Source of the DNA: Vicugna vicugna
Lineage: Eukaryota
Assembly (NCBI GenBank): GCA_013265495.1
Contig: MU057887.1
Location: forward strand, 3,195,576 to 3,259,575
Direction of reading: 5' to 3'
DNA length: 64,000 bases
The notes beneath the pieces are model-generated. The model made no database searches, had not been told where the DNA came from, and worked only from the letters and a program-made list of their open reading frames with translations. The position numbers were made by a program, and so were the translations under genes. Positions 21,720 to 33,320 of the stretch are shown in pieces; position 1 is the first letter of the stretch, and each line of letters starts with the position of its first letter.

Positions 21720-24280
21720 AAGTGCTTCCGTCCCACCAGTGATGCACCAGCCCCCAGTTCCCCTCCTCCCCAGCGTGGGTAGGATGGGTCTTCAACTTCA
21801 GCCGTTCTGACAGACGCGTGGTCCCGCCTCGCGTGGATTTACCTGCGTCTCCCTCGTGACCGGTGGTGCTGACCGCATATCTGCGCCCTTACTTGTTGGC
21901 GCTTTGTCTTCTTTGGCGAGTGGCCTGGATCTCCTGTCCATTGTTTACTGGGCCATTTTCTCATTCGGCTTTCAGAATTCTTGATAAATTCTGTGTGCAA
22001 GTCCTTTATTAAATTCATTCTGTGACTTGTCTGTGACTTGTCCTCTTACTCTATTAATAGTCTTTGAGACCAGGTTTTAACTTTGACGGAGTCTAATTTA
22101 TCTATCTTTTGTTTTATGGGTTTCTTTTTTTTGGGGTAGCATATCTATGAGTTATTTGCCAAAACCACGGTTACAAAGGTCTTTACCTACGCAGACTTCC
22201 AGAAGTTTTAGAGATTAGATTTCACCTTTAGGACTATGACTGACTTTGAGTTAATTTTTGCCTATGGTGAGAGGTATGAGTATGTTTTTTTTTTCCCCGA
22301 TTGTTAGTTACAAGTGCATGCATTACCCAGCAGCGATGCTAAGCTCAGTTAGTATTCCTAGCAGCTTTTATGCAGGTTCCACTGGATTTTCTAAATAGGC
22401 TGTCACACTGCCTCTGAATAAAGATAGTGTCACTTCCTTCTTTCAAGTCTAGACACCGCACACTTACGGGGTATTCTTGCTTTATCCCATGTGCCAGTTA
22501 GAACCCCCAGTATGATGGTGGGTGGGGATGCTGAGAGCAGACACCCCGGTCTCGTCCTCGGGGGAGCCACGCAGTCCTTCTCCATTGAGCGCAGTGTTAA
22601 TTCGTTGCAGACACCCTTTATCAGACTGAGGAAATCCCTTCTCTTCGTAGTTTCAGAACCTTTATCATGGGACTGTATTTGACTTCATCAAGGACTCCGT
22701 TTGTTTGGTTTTTGCATCTATTGAGATGATTGTATGTTTTTACTTTTTTGGATTTTTAATATAATCAATTACCTTAAGGGATTTTCAGATGTTAAGAAAA
22801 AAAAAAAGCTCATGTCCCTGAGGTGCACCCCACCTAGTAATGACACATGCTCTTGTTCCCATGTTGTTGAATTCCACCTGCTGAAATTTTGTTGAGCAGT
22901 TTTACCCTTAAATTCATAGGTGGTCTGTGTGGCCTGCAGTTGTCTGTCCTATGATGGCTGCGTGGGTTTTGTGTCTATTTCCGTATCATAGTCCTGCTGG
23001 CCTTACACAATGAGATTAGAAGCGCCCCCTTGTCTCCAGTTGTGAGGAAGAGCGTGCGTGGAATTGGCACCACTGCCTCCTCGAACGTCTGGAAGAATTC
23101 ACCAGCGACAGCATCTGAGCCCGGGGCTTTCTCCACAGGAGAGGCATCAGGTTTTAAACCCTCCTCAGAGAGCAGATCTAGGTCTTGCTGGTTTCCTCTG
23201 CTGTTCGTCTGCTTCATCTCTCGTTGGTTTCTGCTCTTCATTTATGATTTATTTTCTTCTACTTAACTTTGGTCTAACTTGCTCTTACTTTTGTCTCCTG
23301 GACGTCACTGACTGAGGCCTGTCTTTTTCCCTGACATACTCTGCTGCTGTAAGTCTCCCCCCAAAAGCCACCTCAGCAGGATCGCACAAGGTTGATCTGC
23401 TGTATTTTAATTTTCTATCAGTCAGAAGTATCTCCTATACATCCTTTTTCTTATTTTTTGGCTTGTTTATTTTTTAGAAATATGTTGTTTAGTTTTGAAT
23501 ATTGGGAGCTTTCTAAAAGATTTTTCTTTTATTGACTTCTAATTTAACTCCATTGTATTCAGAAACGGCCTTTGTATGACTTAAACCCTTTTTCAAATAG
23601 TTATGAGTATTTTTAAACCATAATATAGTCTGCCTTGGTAAATGTTCCACGTGTACTTGAAAAGAAGGTAAATTTTACTGTTATGTGGAGTATTTCATAA
23701 ATGCCAGTTTTTTCAAGTTTTTAGTTAGAATTTTACTCTTGATATAATCATTTTCTACTTATTCTATCAATTATTGAGAGAATAGTTTTGAAATCTCAGG
23801 TGTAATTCAAGATTTTAAAATTATGTTTATCATAGCAGTTTTTGCTTTATATATTTTCAAGCTTATTATTAGGTGCATAGAAGTTTAGGGTTGCTATATA
23901 ATTTTGGTGAATTTACCCCTTTATCTTTATGAAGGAACACAATAGTCTTTATCCTTGGTAAAATTTTTACTCTGAAACTTACTGTGTCTAACATTCACAC
24001 ATTTATTCACATATTGGGGTTAGCAGGTAATAAAATTGTTTGCTATTTCCTTGTCAACCTATACGTCTTTTTTATTTAAAGTAAATGTTTTATAAATGGC
24101 ATATATCTGAGTCTTGCTTTTAACTAACCTATCTCTGCATCTTAGTTGGGTCATTTAAACAGTTTATGTTTAGTGTGAATAGCGCTATTGTTTACAGCTG
24201 TCACCTTGCAAATTGCTGTCTATTTGTTCTATGTGCTTTGGGCTCCCTTTTTACTTTTTCTGACTTCTTTTGGAAGGACA
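21720..24280 (-). mobile_element. Old L1 (L1M) fragment, ORF2 region
   Basis: T-rich antisense L1 hallmarks: tcttctttggcgagtggcc, gtctaatttatctatcttt, ttaattcgttgcagacaccctttatcagactgaggaaatcccttctc, aattccacctgctgaaattttgttgag, ccattgtattcagaaac, tgttccacgtgtacttgaaaagaag. Confidence 0.9.
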
Positions 24281-25073
24281 AAAATTTGATATAAAATCAA
24301 ATTCAGGGAATGGCCATTTCATCTTTTGACCAAAAATTATGTTTTCAACCGAAAGTGATCATAGCATCCTCTATTACCTAACTGTGAGCAGGAAAGTCTG
24401 GGTCCACCAGCCTTTCATGTATGGCTGGGGAACAACTAAACTGCTACAGGTTTATGAGGGAATACTGGGGAGAACAAACATACACAATAAATATCATTGT
24501 GTTCCATTGTATCATGGGTTAATCTTCACCCCATCATAGATAAGCATTGAACTGAATTAGCAGAAACAAGGAGCCATTAATCTGGATGTCAGCGTATTTT
24601 GAAATACTTCTCTAAAATATTCCTCTTCTTAAAATACTTTCCTCTTCATCACTCTATACTATTTTTGCAATTTTTAGTCTGTGCATACAACTCAAGTATC
24701 CAGATTTATCCAACGTATGTTGCTGTGAAAACAAGACAAAAAGGAAGAAAATTGTAGCTCTCATATGGCTTGTTAACATAAAGATTTAATATAAGGTGTG
24801 CATTGTTGAGGCATAGCACATGTCAAAATAGGTGATGTCACACAAATGTATGACTTACCAAATGAGTCAGGCAGGATGAGCATGTGAATGAATCTAAGTA
24901 GACCGCCAGCATCCATCTAGGTGGGGCTGGGCTCCCATACACTGCACTGTCTGAGGCATCATTAACGATGTAGGGAAACCAGAGCACTGATGAGACTTGG
25001 AGCTGGATGGTGGGGACAGGGAGTCCAGGGGACGATTCTCTCCTCTGTGTGCCTGTTTGACGTGTTCGTTAAT

Positions 25074-25197
25074 AAGACAGGGAGGGAGCGAAGGAGGAAA
25101 GAAAGGAAGGAGGGAGGAGCAGGGGCAGGGAGGGAAGGAGGACTAGGGAGAGGAGGGGAAGGAAAGAAAAGGAAAGAGAGTGAGACAAAGAGGGAAG
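25074..25197 (+). repeat. Polypurine low-complexity tract (GGAA/GGAG-rich)
   Basis: About 120 bp almost entirely A/G on the plus strand. Confidence 0.85.
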
Positions 25198-26050
25198 CAT
25201 TACAGTCCCTCCAGGCCTTTAACCTCCGGCTGCCCCGCCGGCATCCACACTCAGCCCCACTGCAGGACACACTGAGAGCAGGAACCTCACAAGCGCTGGC
25301 CCATGTCTCTAAAGACCAGAACAGACTCATTCTGTTTAATGTATCAAAATGTAAGCATCCTGTTCTCCCCTGCTTCCCCTGCACCGAGTACCCTGCCAGG
25401 AAGAGTTATGAACCCACCAGTTCTTCTGCTGTGGTCAACCAGGAACAGGCATCGCTAGACCAGGAAGAGCCCAGGAACCGCCGGACCCACGGCTCCAGCT
25501 CCAGGGTGGACGCCGCTGCTCACAAGGCCCACGGTCCCCAGGAGGGGGGGGAGGCGTGTATCGCTCCAGGGTGGTGGCCCCCGGAAGGAGCCAGGAGTCA
25601 GCGGTCTGCAACTTCAGCCCAGAGACGAGTTGACTGAGATCCAGAAAGACAAGGTGGCCTCTCCAAGGTCAGCTCGTGGGCTGGATGAAGGATCAGCACC
25701 AACACAGCTGGACGGAAACCACCTTCACTCAGTTCGTCTCTCTGGGCACAGAGCACACACGGCTCTCCCGCTGTCCTGGCACTGGGCACCCTTGGACAAG
25801 GGGGCAGGCAGCTGTACTTAGAACATGGTGGGGTCCAGCAGAGCTAGATTTAAAGGATGCCTTCAAAGCACTTTCCTGGTGGGAGAATAGACACAGACAC
25901 TGTGGGGACAGTTCTGCAGTGCCTCCAGCTGCCCCTGGGTCTGCAAATGGCCAGAGCCCCACCCAGGCGACGAGTGTGAACTGACACCGAAGAGATGGTG
26001 AGGGTGTCCAGGGGCATCTTCTGGTGTAAGGGCCAGAAACTAGAAGTGGC

Positions 26051-26140
26051 TGGTGATGGCTAATCTCCTGTGTCCACTTCCCTGGGCAGCAGGGAGCCCT
26101 GGGCTGAGACCCAGCAGGGCTCTGGGGTGGCGGCAGGCCT
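26051..26140 (+). mobile_element. MLT2-like LTR 5' fragment
   Basis: tggtgatggctaatctcctgtgtccacttccctgggcagcagggagccc resembles MLT2 tgtgatggttaattttatgtgtcaacttgactgggccacagggtgccc. Confidence 0.35.
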
Positions 26141-27790
26141 TGGGCTTCTGCTTTCTGGGCAGAGGAGCAGTTGTTCACAGACCCATGTCCTAAAATACTG
26201 TACACGAAAGAACTCGTTTAAATCAGACCCTACATTTGGTACCGGGGCTGCATCCATAACACATGATCTTATGGTGTGAACGAGGAAGGAGTCTCACCCA
26301 GCTTTGGTTTTTCTCCACAAGCATGTTGACCAGGGAAGGCTGAATTAAATCCATGCTTCTCTTCTGGACTTAGTGGAAACACAGGGGCACCGGGCAGCCC
26401 TCTGATGGGCTGGGTGTCTTCCACTGGCCCCCTCGACGCACCCTTCACCCTCTCCTAGCTGCAGAGGGTCCTCTGTGGGTGCTGCCCATCGCACCCCTGC
26501 CCTCTGACGTCCAGCAGGGCTCAGCCGAGCACGGGCAGGGCAGGAAGTGAGGGAGGAGGAGGAGAGGCTTGGGGCCACCCTGGGGTGCTGGGGTGATTGC
26601 TCTGCTTCCCCAAAGACCCTGCTCTGGGCTGGCACAGAGCCCAGCTAAGACCCCCCCCCCCAGGTCTCAGGGGCCACTCCTTACAGCTTCAGCGTCCCTG
26701 GTCACATGCCCCAACTCCGCCGACGAGCAGCCCTTTATCAGACTCTGACCAACCCCCGCGTGCTGTGGCCCCAGGTTGCGCCCTTCTGCCCGGAGCTCAC
26801 CTGTAAAGCCCCCAGGCTGGGGGGGGGCCACCTGCTCAGTCTCGGCAGGGCGAGGGAGGCTGTTCCTTTTCTTTCTTCTTGTCTCAGTGACTCCTGCTGT
26901 CGAGCCCTTCAACAGGCCCCTTCTCAAAAGTCTCACCAGAAGCCTCTTCCCTGGTAGCCTCTGGGCGGATTCACAGGGAAGCCCATTAATAAAAGCTGTT
27001 AATGGAATTCTCTGCATCACCAGAGAAGAGCCGCAGGGACATCCCAGTGGACGGCGGGGAAGCAGACGATGAAACTCCACACAAATTCCTGTTTAAAAAT
27101 CACAGCCGGCGAGGACCCAGGGGGACGTCCTCCGTCTGACAGAGGCCGTGCTCCCAAAGTGCCCGGAGGAGACCACGTTCAGGAGCAAAACCTCAGGGCC
27201 GTTCCCCGTGCCAGGCCACCGCGGTCCCTGTGCCCCTCGCGGTCTTCTGGGATCCGTAACAAACAAGAAAACCGGGGGTTAAAGACGGCTAAGCTTCTCC
27301 GCCACGTGCCCAAGCGCTTGGCACGCGGTGCGCAGTGCGGTGACCTAACGACCTATGACCCAGGTGGGGTTAGGACCCCTCCACTCAGAACTGAGGATCG
27401 GAGAGGGCCCAGCGCCTGGCGGGCGCACACAGGCACGGGAGCCGCACCGAGTCCCGAGCCCGGCGTGGCCTCATCGTGCTGCCCTGTCAGCAGCCAGCAG
27501 ACGCAGGCGAAAACGCACATCAGAAAGGAGAGCGCTTATTGGAAACAACGTGTTTAGTCGCCTGGACATTCAATTGGAAAATGACCAGCAGAAGGAGGGC
27601 CCGGCACTTTGCGGCAACACGTGCCATCGGGAGCTCTGCTCCGGCACGAGCACTTCGCGCTCGCAGTCGCCTTGTGCGCTGGGACTGTCTAGCAGGCTTA
27701 AGTGTGCATCAGCAGACGCAGAGGAAGTAGCAAGAGGTCCGCTCAGAAGGGCCTGGCCCTGCGCACGGTGACGCCAAGGAAGGCAGGGAG

Positions 27791-28142
27791 GGGCGTGGAC
27801 TGAGGGCCCGCACCAGCCCCCAAATTCACAGGCTGCAGCCCTGTGCTCTGAGGGGGTGGGGTCCGGAGGCAGGCGTTCGCTGATGGCTGGGCTTCGGTGA
27901 GGTCGTCAGGGTGGGGCCCCTGGCGGGACTAGAGCCCTTCTGTGCGGAGGAAGGGACGCCCGACCCCCACCCCGTGAGGACGCAGGGAGGAGGTGGCCGT
28001 CTGCAGCGGGAGGACGATGCTCTCCAGACGCTGGACCTGCCGGCACCCCGATCTTGGGCGTCCAGCCTCCAGACTGTGAAATGAACATCTGGTTTAAACC
28101 GCAGTCTGTGGTCAGAGCCTCCGAGCGGGCCGACGCGCGGTG
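27791..28142 (+). mobile_element. MLT1A-like solo LTR (GC-shifted)
   Basis: ccccaaattcacaggctgc...gtgaggacgcagggaggaggtggccgtctgc...gatcttgggcgtccagcctccagactgtgaaatgaacatctggtttaaaccgcagtctgtgg. Confidence 0.8.
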
Positions 28143-29344
28143 GGCTGACGGTGAGCGCGGTCCCCTTCTGGGGATAAGCCCCCCGCTGTCAGGCTGTCCC
28201 ACCAGGGTCCCAGAAGGCTGGACCTCTGTGTCCCCCGAGGGCCAGGACCCGGAGCAAAGCCGGAGCTCGGCGAGGGTCCAGCGAGGGCAGGAGGGGAGGG
28301 GCTGGACCCTGGGCCCGAGAGGGATCCTCCCGGAGCTTAACGTGCTGACCTGAAACGCCGCCCGGAAGGGAAAACAGGCGCAGCAGTGCCGGTGCCACGG
28401 AGAGGAGGGGCCCCAGAGCGCCAGCACAGAGCAAACAACAGCCCCCAACGCCCGGGCTGGTCTCCGACAGCGAGGCGGCGTCACAGACAGCACGGCCGAG
28501 CCGCGGGCGGCGGGTCTGAGAGCCCGGACCCTCCAGCTTCGGGACAGCACGTCCCGGACAGAGAGGGAGAAACGCCAAGTAGGTCGTGCCGGTGGGCTTG
28601 AACAGAATCTGCGGGAACCTGCGCTGTGTTTTGGTTGAGTTTCTAACACGTGAGGAAACGCACACTCCCAAGTTGGCGCATCTGCCCCTCCCCCGACACT
28701 TGTCCCCCGTCCCCTTCCACCCCCGGGTCCAGCCGAAGAGGTGGGACGCTCCCCCGGCCCAGCCCCCACCCCCAGAGGGGTCCTTCCTCAGCCTGGGGTG
28801 GGGAGCTGGTTGCACCCCCCGCTGGGTCTCAGGGCTTCTGGCTGTTTCCATCCCCGAGCCCCGCCAGGCGTCCGCAGGAGGAACGTGGAGCAGCCGCGCG
28901 GGGAGCTGTAAGCCAGACGCTTTGCGCTGCGCCAGCATCCCGCCTGGCTCCCGAGGTGGCAGACACGCTGCTCCTTCCACACGCCCCGCACACATTCCCA
29001 CAGCTGACGGCTCTGAAGGGAAGCCGTGCGATCGTTCTGTAGTAAAGATTCACACGTCTTCAAGATTTCCAACAAGCTGTGAGCCAAGAGCTGTTTCTCT
29101 TCAGTTAGCCATCCTGCAGCCACACGGGGCCCAAACGCCGCACTTCCCCGGCGCGGTCGGCCCTGGGGCTTCCGGGCCGGCAGGACGGAGGGCACTGAGG
29201 CAGGAGGGAGCGCCGGCTTCCGGCAGCCGTAACAGAGCTTGCTCATCGCGGGGCACAGCCCCGGGTCGGCCCCGAGCTCCTGCCCCCTGGGTCGGGGTGG
29301 CCCGTATCTACTTCCTGGCACAGCTGGAGAAGACTTCGTTGAAC

Positions 29345-29560
29345 TCTTTTTAATTATTTTCCAGAAATGATCCATTTTCCATGAAAATGTGCATAGAGTT
29401 TATCTCATTCCTGGAAGTCATTACTACTTTGTCATGAAAAATTCCCGGTGCCCTGGAGCACAGGGGGATCAAATTAGCCTCGACGCTCATCACAGAGCAA
29501 AGGGCGATTTGGCCGCGGTTCTCGGACACAAGTCTTTGATCCATCGTCTTGTTCTCCACC
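29345..29560. promoter_or_regulatory. AT-rich island with two GAS (TTCN3GAA) motifs
   Basis: TTCCATGAA at 29377-29385 (within CATTTTC-CAT-GAAAATG) and TTCCTGGAA at 29408-29416, plus TTTCCAGAAA at 29358-29367. Confidence 0.3.
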
Positions 29561-30503
29561 GCGGGCGAGGTCTGCTTTTCAGAGCCTGGGGCCCGCCGGC
29601 TGCCCTCTGAAAGGTCTGAAGTCACAGAGGGCCCTGTGGCTGCAGCGGCTATGCCCGGGAAGGCCCCCCACCCCTCAGCCTTGGAGCCGTGGGGCTGCCA
29701 AGGGAGGGAGGCCCCGTTGCCGGTCCCGATGCGCCGAAGCAACGCTGCCCGTCTGTTCAGCTCCCAGGTCTGCGTGCAAAGGTGCTGCTTCATGCACCCA
29801 GGGAACAGGTACTGAGCGTTTGCCTGGCTCTCAGCGCTGCGAGACAGCAGGGCTCTGCTCTCCTGCTCCGCGCCAACACCCTGCAACTATTTTAAATGTC
29901 GCTTAAAAATACTCAGTGCTCTCACATACATTCTGCAGTTAATCAGCACAGCCCCACATCCTCGATAACGCAGTGGAAGGGTCCGTGGTCACTCAGCCCG
30001 CCTTCCAGGCTGTGTGTTGTGTGTCCCGCAGCTGAAGACGGTGGAAGCCAAGCCTCCTCTTAGCCAGGACCCTTCTTCCGAGTCACCTCGGGGGATGCAA
30101 GAAGGAATCATTGCAAAAACAGCTTCTCACCTCCATTAACAACTCACTCTATAAAGACAGTGTCAGGCTTAATCAGGACCTGAAGGTGTGGGTGTTAAGT
30201 CAAATGCAGAGGAAATGTCTCTGAATTCCCAGACGCCGCGCAGGGGGAGCACGCTGGCCCAGGAAACGGCAAAGCGCACGGTGAGGTTTACAAGAATTGA
30301 TGACAGGCCCCGGACACCGAGCCCGATTTCCTGCCACCAGTTACACCAGCCGCCGGCGAGTCCCCAGGGCCCGGCCTCCGGCTTCAGCCCCTCGGCCGGC
30401 AGCCTGCTGTGACGTGGCGGGAAGCAGACCGCCGCTCAGGTGTCCACACTGTCTTGCTGGTGGCACTTTGGACTTGGAAGAGTTCTTATGTGAAAGCTGG
30501 CGC

Positions 30504-30690
30504 CTTCATTCTTTCATTCATTCATTCACTCTGCTCGGGGCTCCGATGTTTCCCAGATGCTCTTCCGTGTGCAGGGCCCTCAGCACACACCCAGCCGAGT
30601 CATCACCCCACCATCTTGCTGAGGAGACACAGACACGAAGCAGATTTTAAAAAATAAAATGTGCCAGAAAGCGATCGGGGATTGAAGGAT
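30504..30690 (-). mobile_element. L2 3' end
   Basis: ttcattctttcattcattcattcac followed by a degenerate L2 body (ctgaggagacacagacacgaagcag). Confidence 0.55.
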
Positions 30691-31891
30691 GACGGGGCGG
30701 GCAGCAGAGAGCAGCGGTGTGCGGTTTTATAGCTGCGGACCCAGGAGGGCCTCTCGGAGGAGGCAGCATTTAGACAGAGGCTGCAAGGAAGTGAGAACAG
30801 GGAAGGAGCAAAGGGCGGTTTGGAGGACGGCCGGGAGGGAGCCCCAGGCAGACCCTGCGGGTCTCACTGGCAGGAAGCCCTTCAGGGCAGCTGTGGAGGG
30901 GTGGCACGGGCTCTGGTTAGGAGCCCCCGGGGCGGCCACGCTGCAAACAGGGGGCAGAGGTGCAAGTGGACGTGGGAGACCAGCCAGGAGGCCGCACGCA
31001 GCGATGGGGACGTGAGCCGTGGGGAAGGGCGATCTCATATGAGGGCTTGAGCCCAGGGGTATCCAGGGGAGACCCTGCTGGATTCCTGACCAATCAGCTG
31101 TGGGCACAGAGGACTCCAGGGGTTCCTCCTGGCTTTGCAGGGAGTGGAGAGAGTCATGCCTGCAGCTCATTGGACCCGACAGATACAGTGATGGATAGAA
31201 AATGTCGTTTGTGAAAATGGAAAAGGCTGGGGAGGGCAGCTTTAATTAGAAGAGCGCACGGTGCTCAGATGTGGACACGCTAAGCTCCAGGTGCCTCCTG
31301 GACATCCTGGTGGACTGACGAGCAGACGCGGTCCAGAGTCGGGGAGAGGAGCGGGGGCTGGAGAGGGACCTCAGGCCCCCACTGACCCCGGTTCCCCATC
31401 TGTGAGACAGAGGAGAGGCCGCTCTCCCATGGAGCAGGCCTGCCCCCCAGCGCCCCAAGGGAAGGGCGAGAGCTCCAGGGGACAGGAGGACGCGGCGCAG
31501 GAGGCCTGGCAGGCACCTGCCCACGGCCCTGCGGTCTGCGCGACTCCGCTGGGAAGGTGAGCGTGAGGCCGGCCGCCAGGCGTCGGTCCGTCTGGCCAGA
31601 AGAAGTTGCATCAACCTCGGCGTGTTTTCGGATTTAGCTCGTCGCGCAATTACGAGCTAATGTGGGTTGACGAGCCGGAAAATAATGTTATTTTTATTAT
31701 TTTTATTTTAAAGACCAAGTCCTACACTCTCACCCTCACCACTTGCCACCAGGTGCGGGTCTCTCGCCTCGTGGCTGGCGGTGGCGCTCCTCCTGACTGC
31801 CAGCTTTCCCGCGTCCTGGGACATGGCCCGGAAGAAAGGCCGCCCACGTGCCACGCAGTTAGCCTCTGGTCCTTTGTCTCTTTCTTTCCTG

Positions 31892-31994
31892 TTTTTTTTT
31901 TTTTAAATTTTTTTCTCCCTCAAGGAGGCACTGGGGGTTGAGCCCAGGACCTCGGGCATGCTAAGCCCGCGCTCTCCCAGGGCTCTCCCTCCCC
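31892..31994 (-). mobile_element. Camelid tRNA-Ala-derived SINE (Vic-1-like)
   Basis: Poly-T tail then ggaggcactgggggttgagcccaggacctcgggcatgctaagcccgcgctctcccagggctctccctcccc. The reverse complement has tRNA-Ala(AGC)-like cttagcatg and degenerate A/B boxes. Possible TSD TGTCTC[T/C]TTCT at 31875-31885 and 31995-32005. Confidence 0.88.
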
Positions 31995-32849
31995 TGTCTC
32001 CTTCTGACCCAGATAGCGACCTTGACCCTGAAGACACGGAGAAGCTTAAAAAGGGCTGTAAATTCCCAGCAGCCTTGCGCCCCCACCCCCACCCCGGAAT
32101 CACCTTCGTTCACTCTGTCCCTTTTCTCTGGGGCCAGCGGCCTTCCCAGCCCAGAGCTGCCCTGGCGGGAGCCGCCCTCCCAGTGCCCCCAGCCTCCGTG
32201 CTGGTCTTTGGAGCAGGAAGTGGAATTACTCCCCTGTGCATCGGGCCACCTCTGGGGGACAAGTCCCCTCGTTTTCTCCTGTCACCTCGGGGTGATGAGG
32301 GCCAGGTTCTGTCTTTGTGGACTCGGAATGTCACCTGCCTTTGTCAGCAAAAAAGGATGCTGCGGCCATCAAGCCATTAGCCACTGCAGCTGCCCCGGAT
32401 GGCGGCCCCTGAGGGGACGCAGGGTGGGAAAGCACAGGGCAGTGGCCCTGGAGCGCTCAGTGCAGATCAGAGGGGTGATTTCAACGAGCCCAGACCTCTG
32501 CACCTTCCCGCACAGAGCAAAGGGCTAAACTCCTTAACTTGGGGTGTCTGGTTTCCTTTCACTGACAGTCATCTTTTGATGTTCCGACTAGCTGTTCTCT
32601 GTTACAAAAACTCCTGTGTGCCCTGGCTCCTCCCTTACCTCTTGGCACCAAGCAATCTGAGAGGCTGCCTCCGTGGCGCGAGTCCTCAGAAAGTCCTCCA
32701 GTGAAGCAGAACTCCACGTCTAGGCTGTGCATTTTCCAGTCGACACCCCACACCCTCGCTCCAGGGCACCTTGCCTCCTGCCAGGTGAGGCAGTCCTGCC
32801 CGACGCGTCCAGTCTCGTCTGCATCCATCACTCCACCAGCGTCCTCCCT

Positions 32850-32940
32850 GCGTCACAGACGAGAAAACTGAGGTCCAAACTGGTGACGCCACTGACTTGA
32901 CGGGACAGAGCCGTGCAGGGCAAGGGCGGGAGGAAGTCCA
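32850..32940 (-). mobile_element. MIR fragment
   Basis: cacagacgagaaaactgaggtccaaac...tgacttgac resembles MIR tacagatgaggaaactgaggctcagagaggttaagtgacttgcc. Confidence 0.45.
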
Positions 32941-33084
32941 GATCCCTGGGGAGCAGTGCCTTAGCCGCTTCCCTGGCAGAGCTCTCCTGGGCCCAGGCGC
33001 CCCACCGTGGCCGCGGCAGACCTTGGAGGCTTGGAGCGCAGGGGCTCGGGAATCCGAAGACGGGTCTTCTTGGTCACTAGGGCT

Positions 33085-33320
33085 GCTTATTTTTAATTAA
33101 AATTTTTATTGTAAGGTAAACGTAGATTCACAGGTAGTTGTAAGAAGTTACACAGAGAGGTCCACACCCTTTCCTGGCGCCCGCAGTCCTCACGCCCGGC
33201 AGAGCTGTGGTGACTCCCAGCCAGCGGGCTGCCACCCGCACGGTTGAGGCAGAGAACGTTCCGTCCCCACGTTCACTCCATCCTCCCCACGTCTGCGGTT
33301 TATAATTTTATCATCTCTGT
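33085..33320 (-). mobile_element. Old L1 3' end (L1MB/MC-type)
   Basis: tttttattgtaaggtaaacgtagattcacaggtagttgtaagaagttacacagagaggtccacaccctt is an antisense L1 3' terminus. Confidence 0.6.

Noticed and set aside
895-24858. Series of consensus minus-strand splice donors (895-900, 6664-6669, 8669-8674, 19805-19810, 24853-24858) as an antisense gene
   Set aside because: I could not pair them with acceptors and compatible open frames, and this many GTAAG matches is compatible with chance.
25692-25716. Additional RE1-like sites (25692; also left halves at about 21864 and 52686)
   Set aside because: Left half only; right halves are poor or wrongly spaced, and the 21864 one derives from L1 sequence.
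27320-27330. GGCACGCGGTG as miR-124
   Set aside because: Only 11 nt match the mature miRNA, the seed start is missing, and there is no precursor hairpin.
31921-31994. tRNA-Ala gene
   Set aside because: tRNA-like only in the head; it has a poly-A tail, probable TSD, broken stems and degenerate A/B boxes, so it is a SINE.
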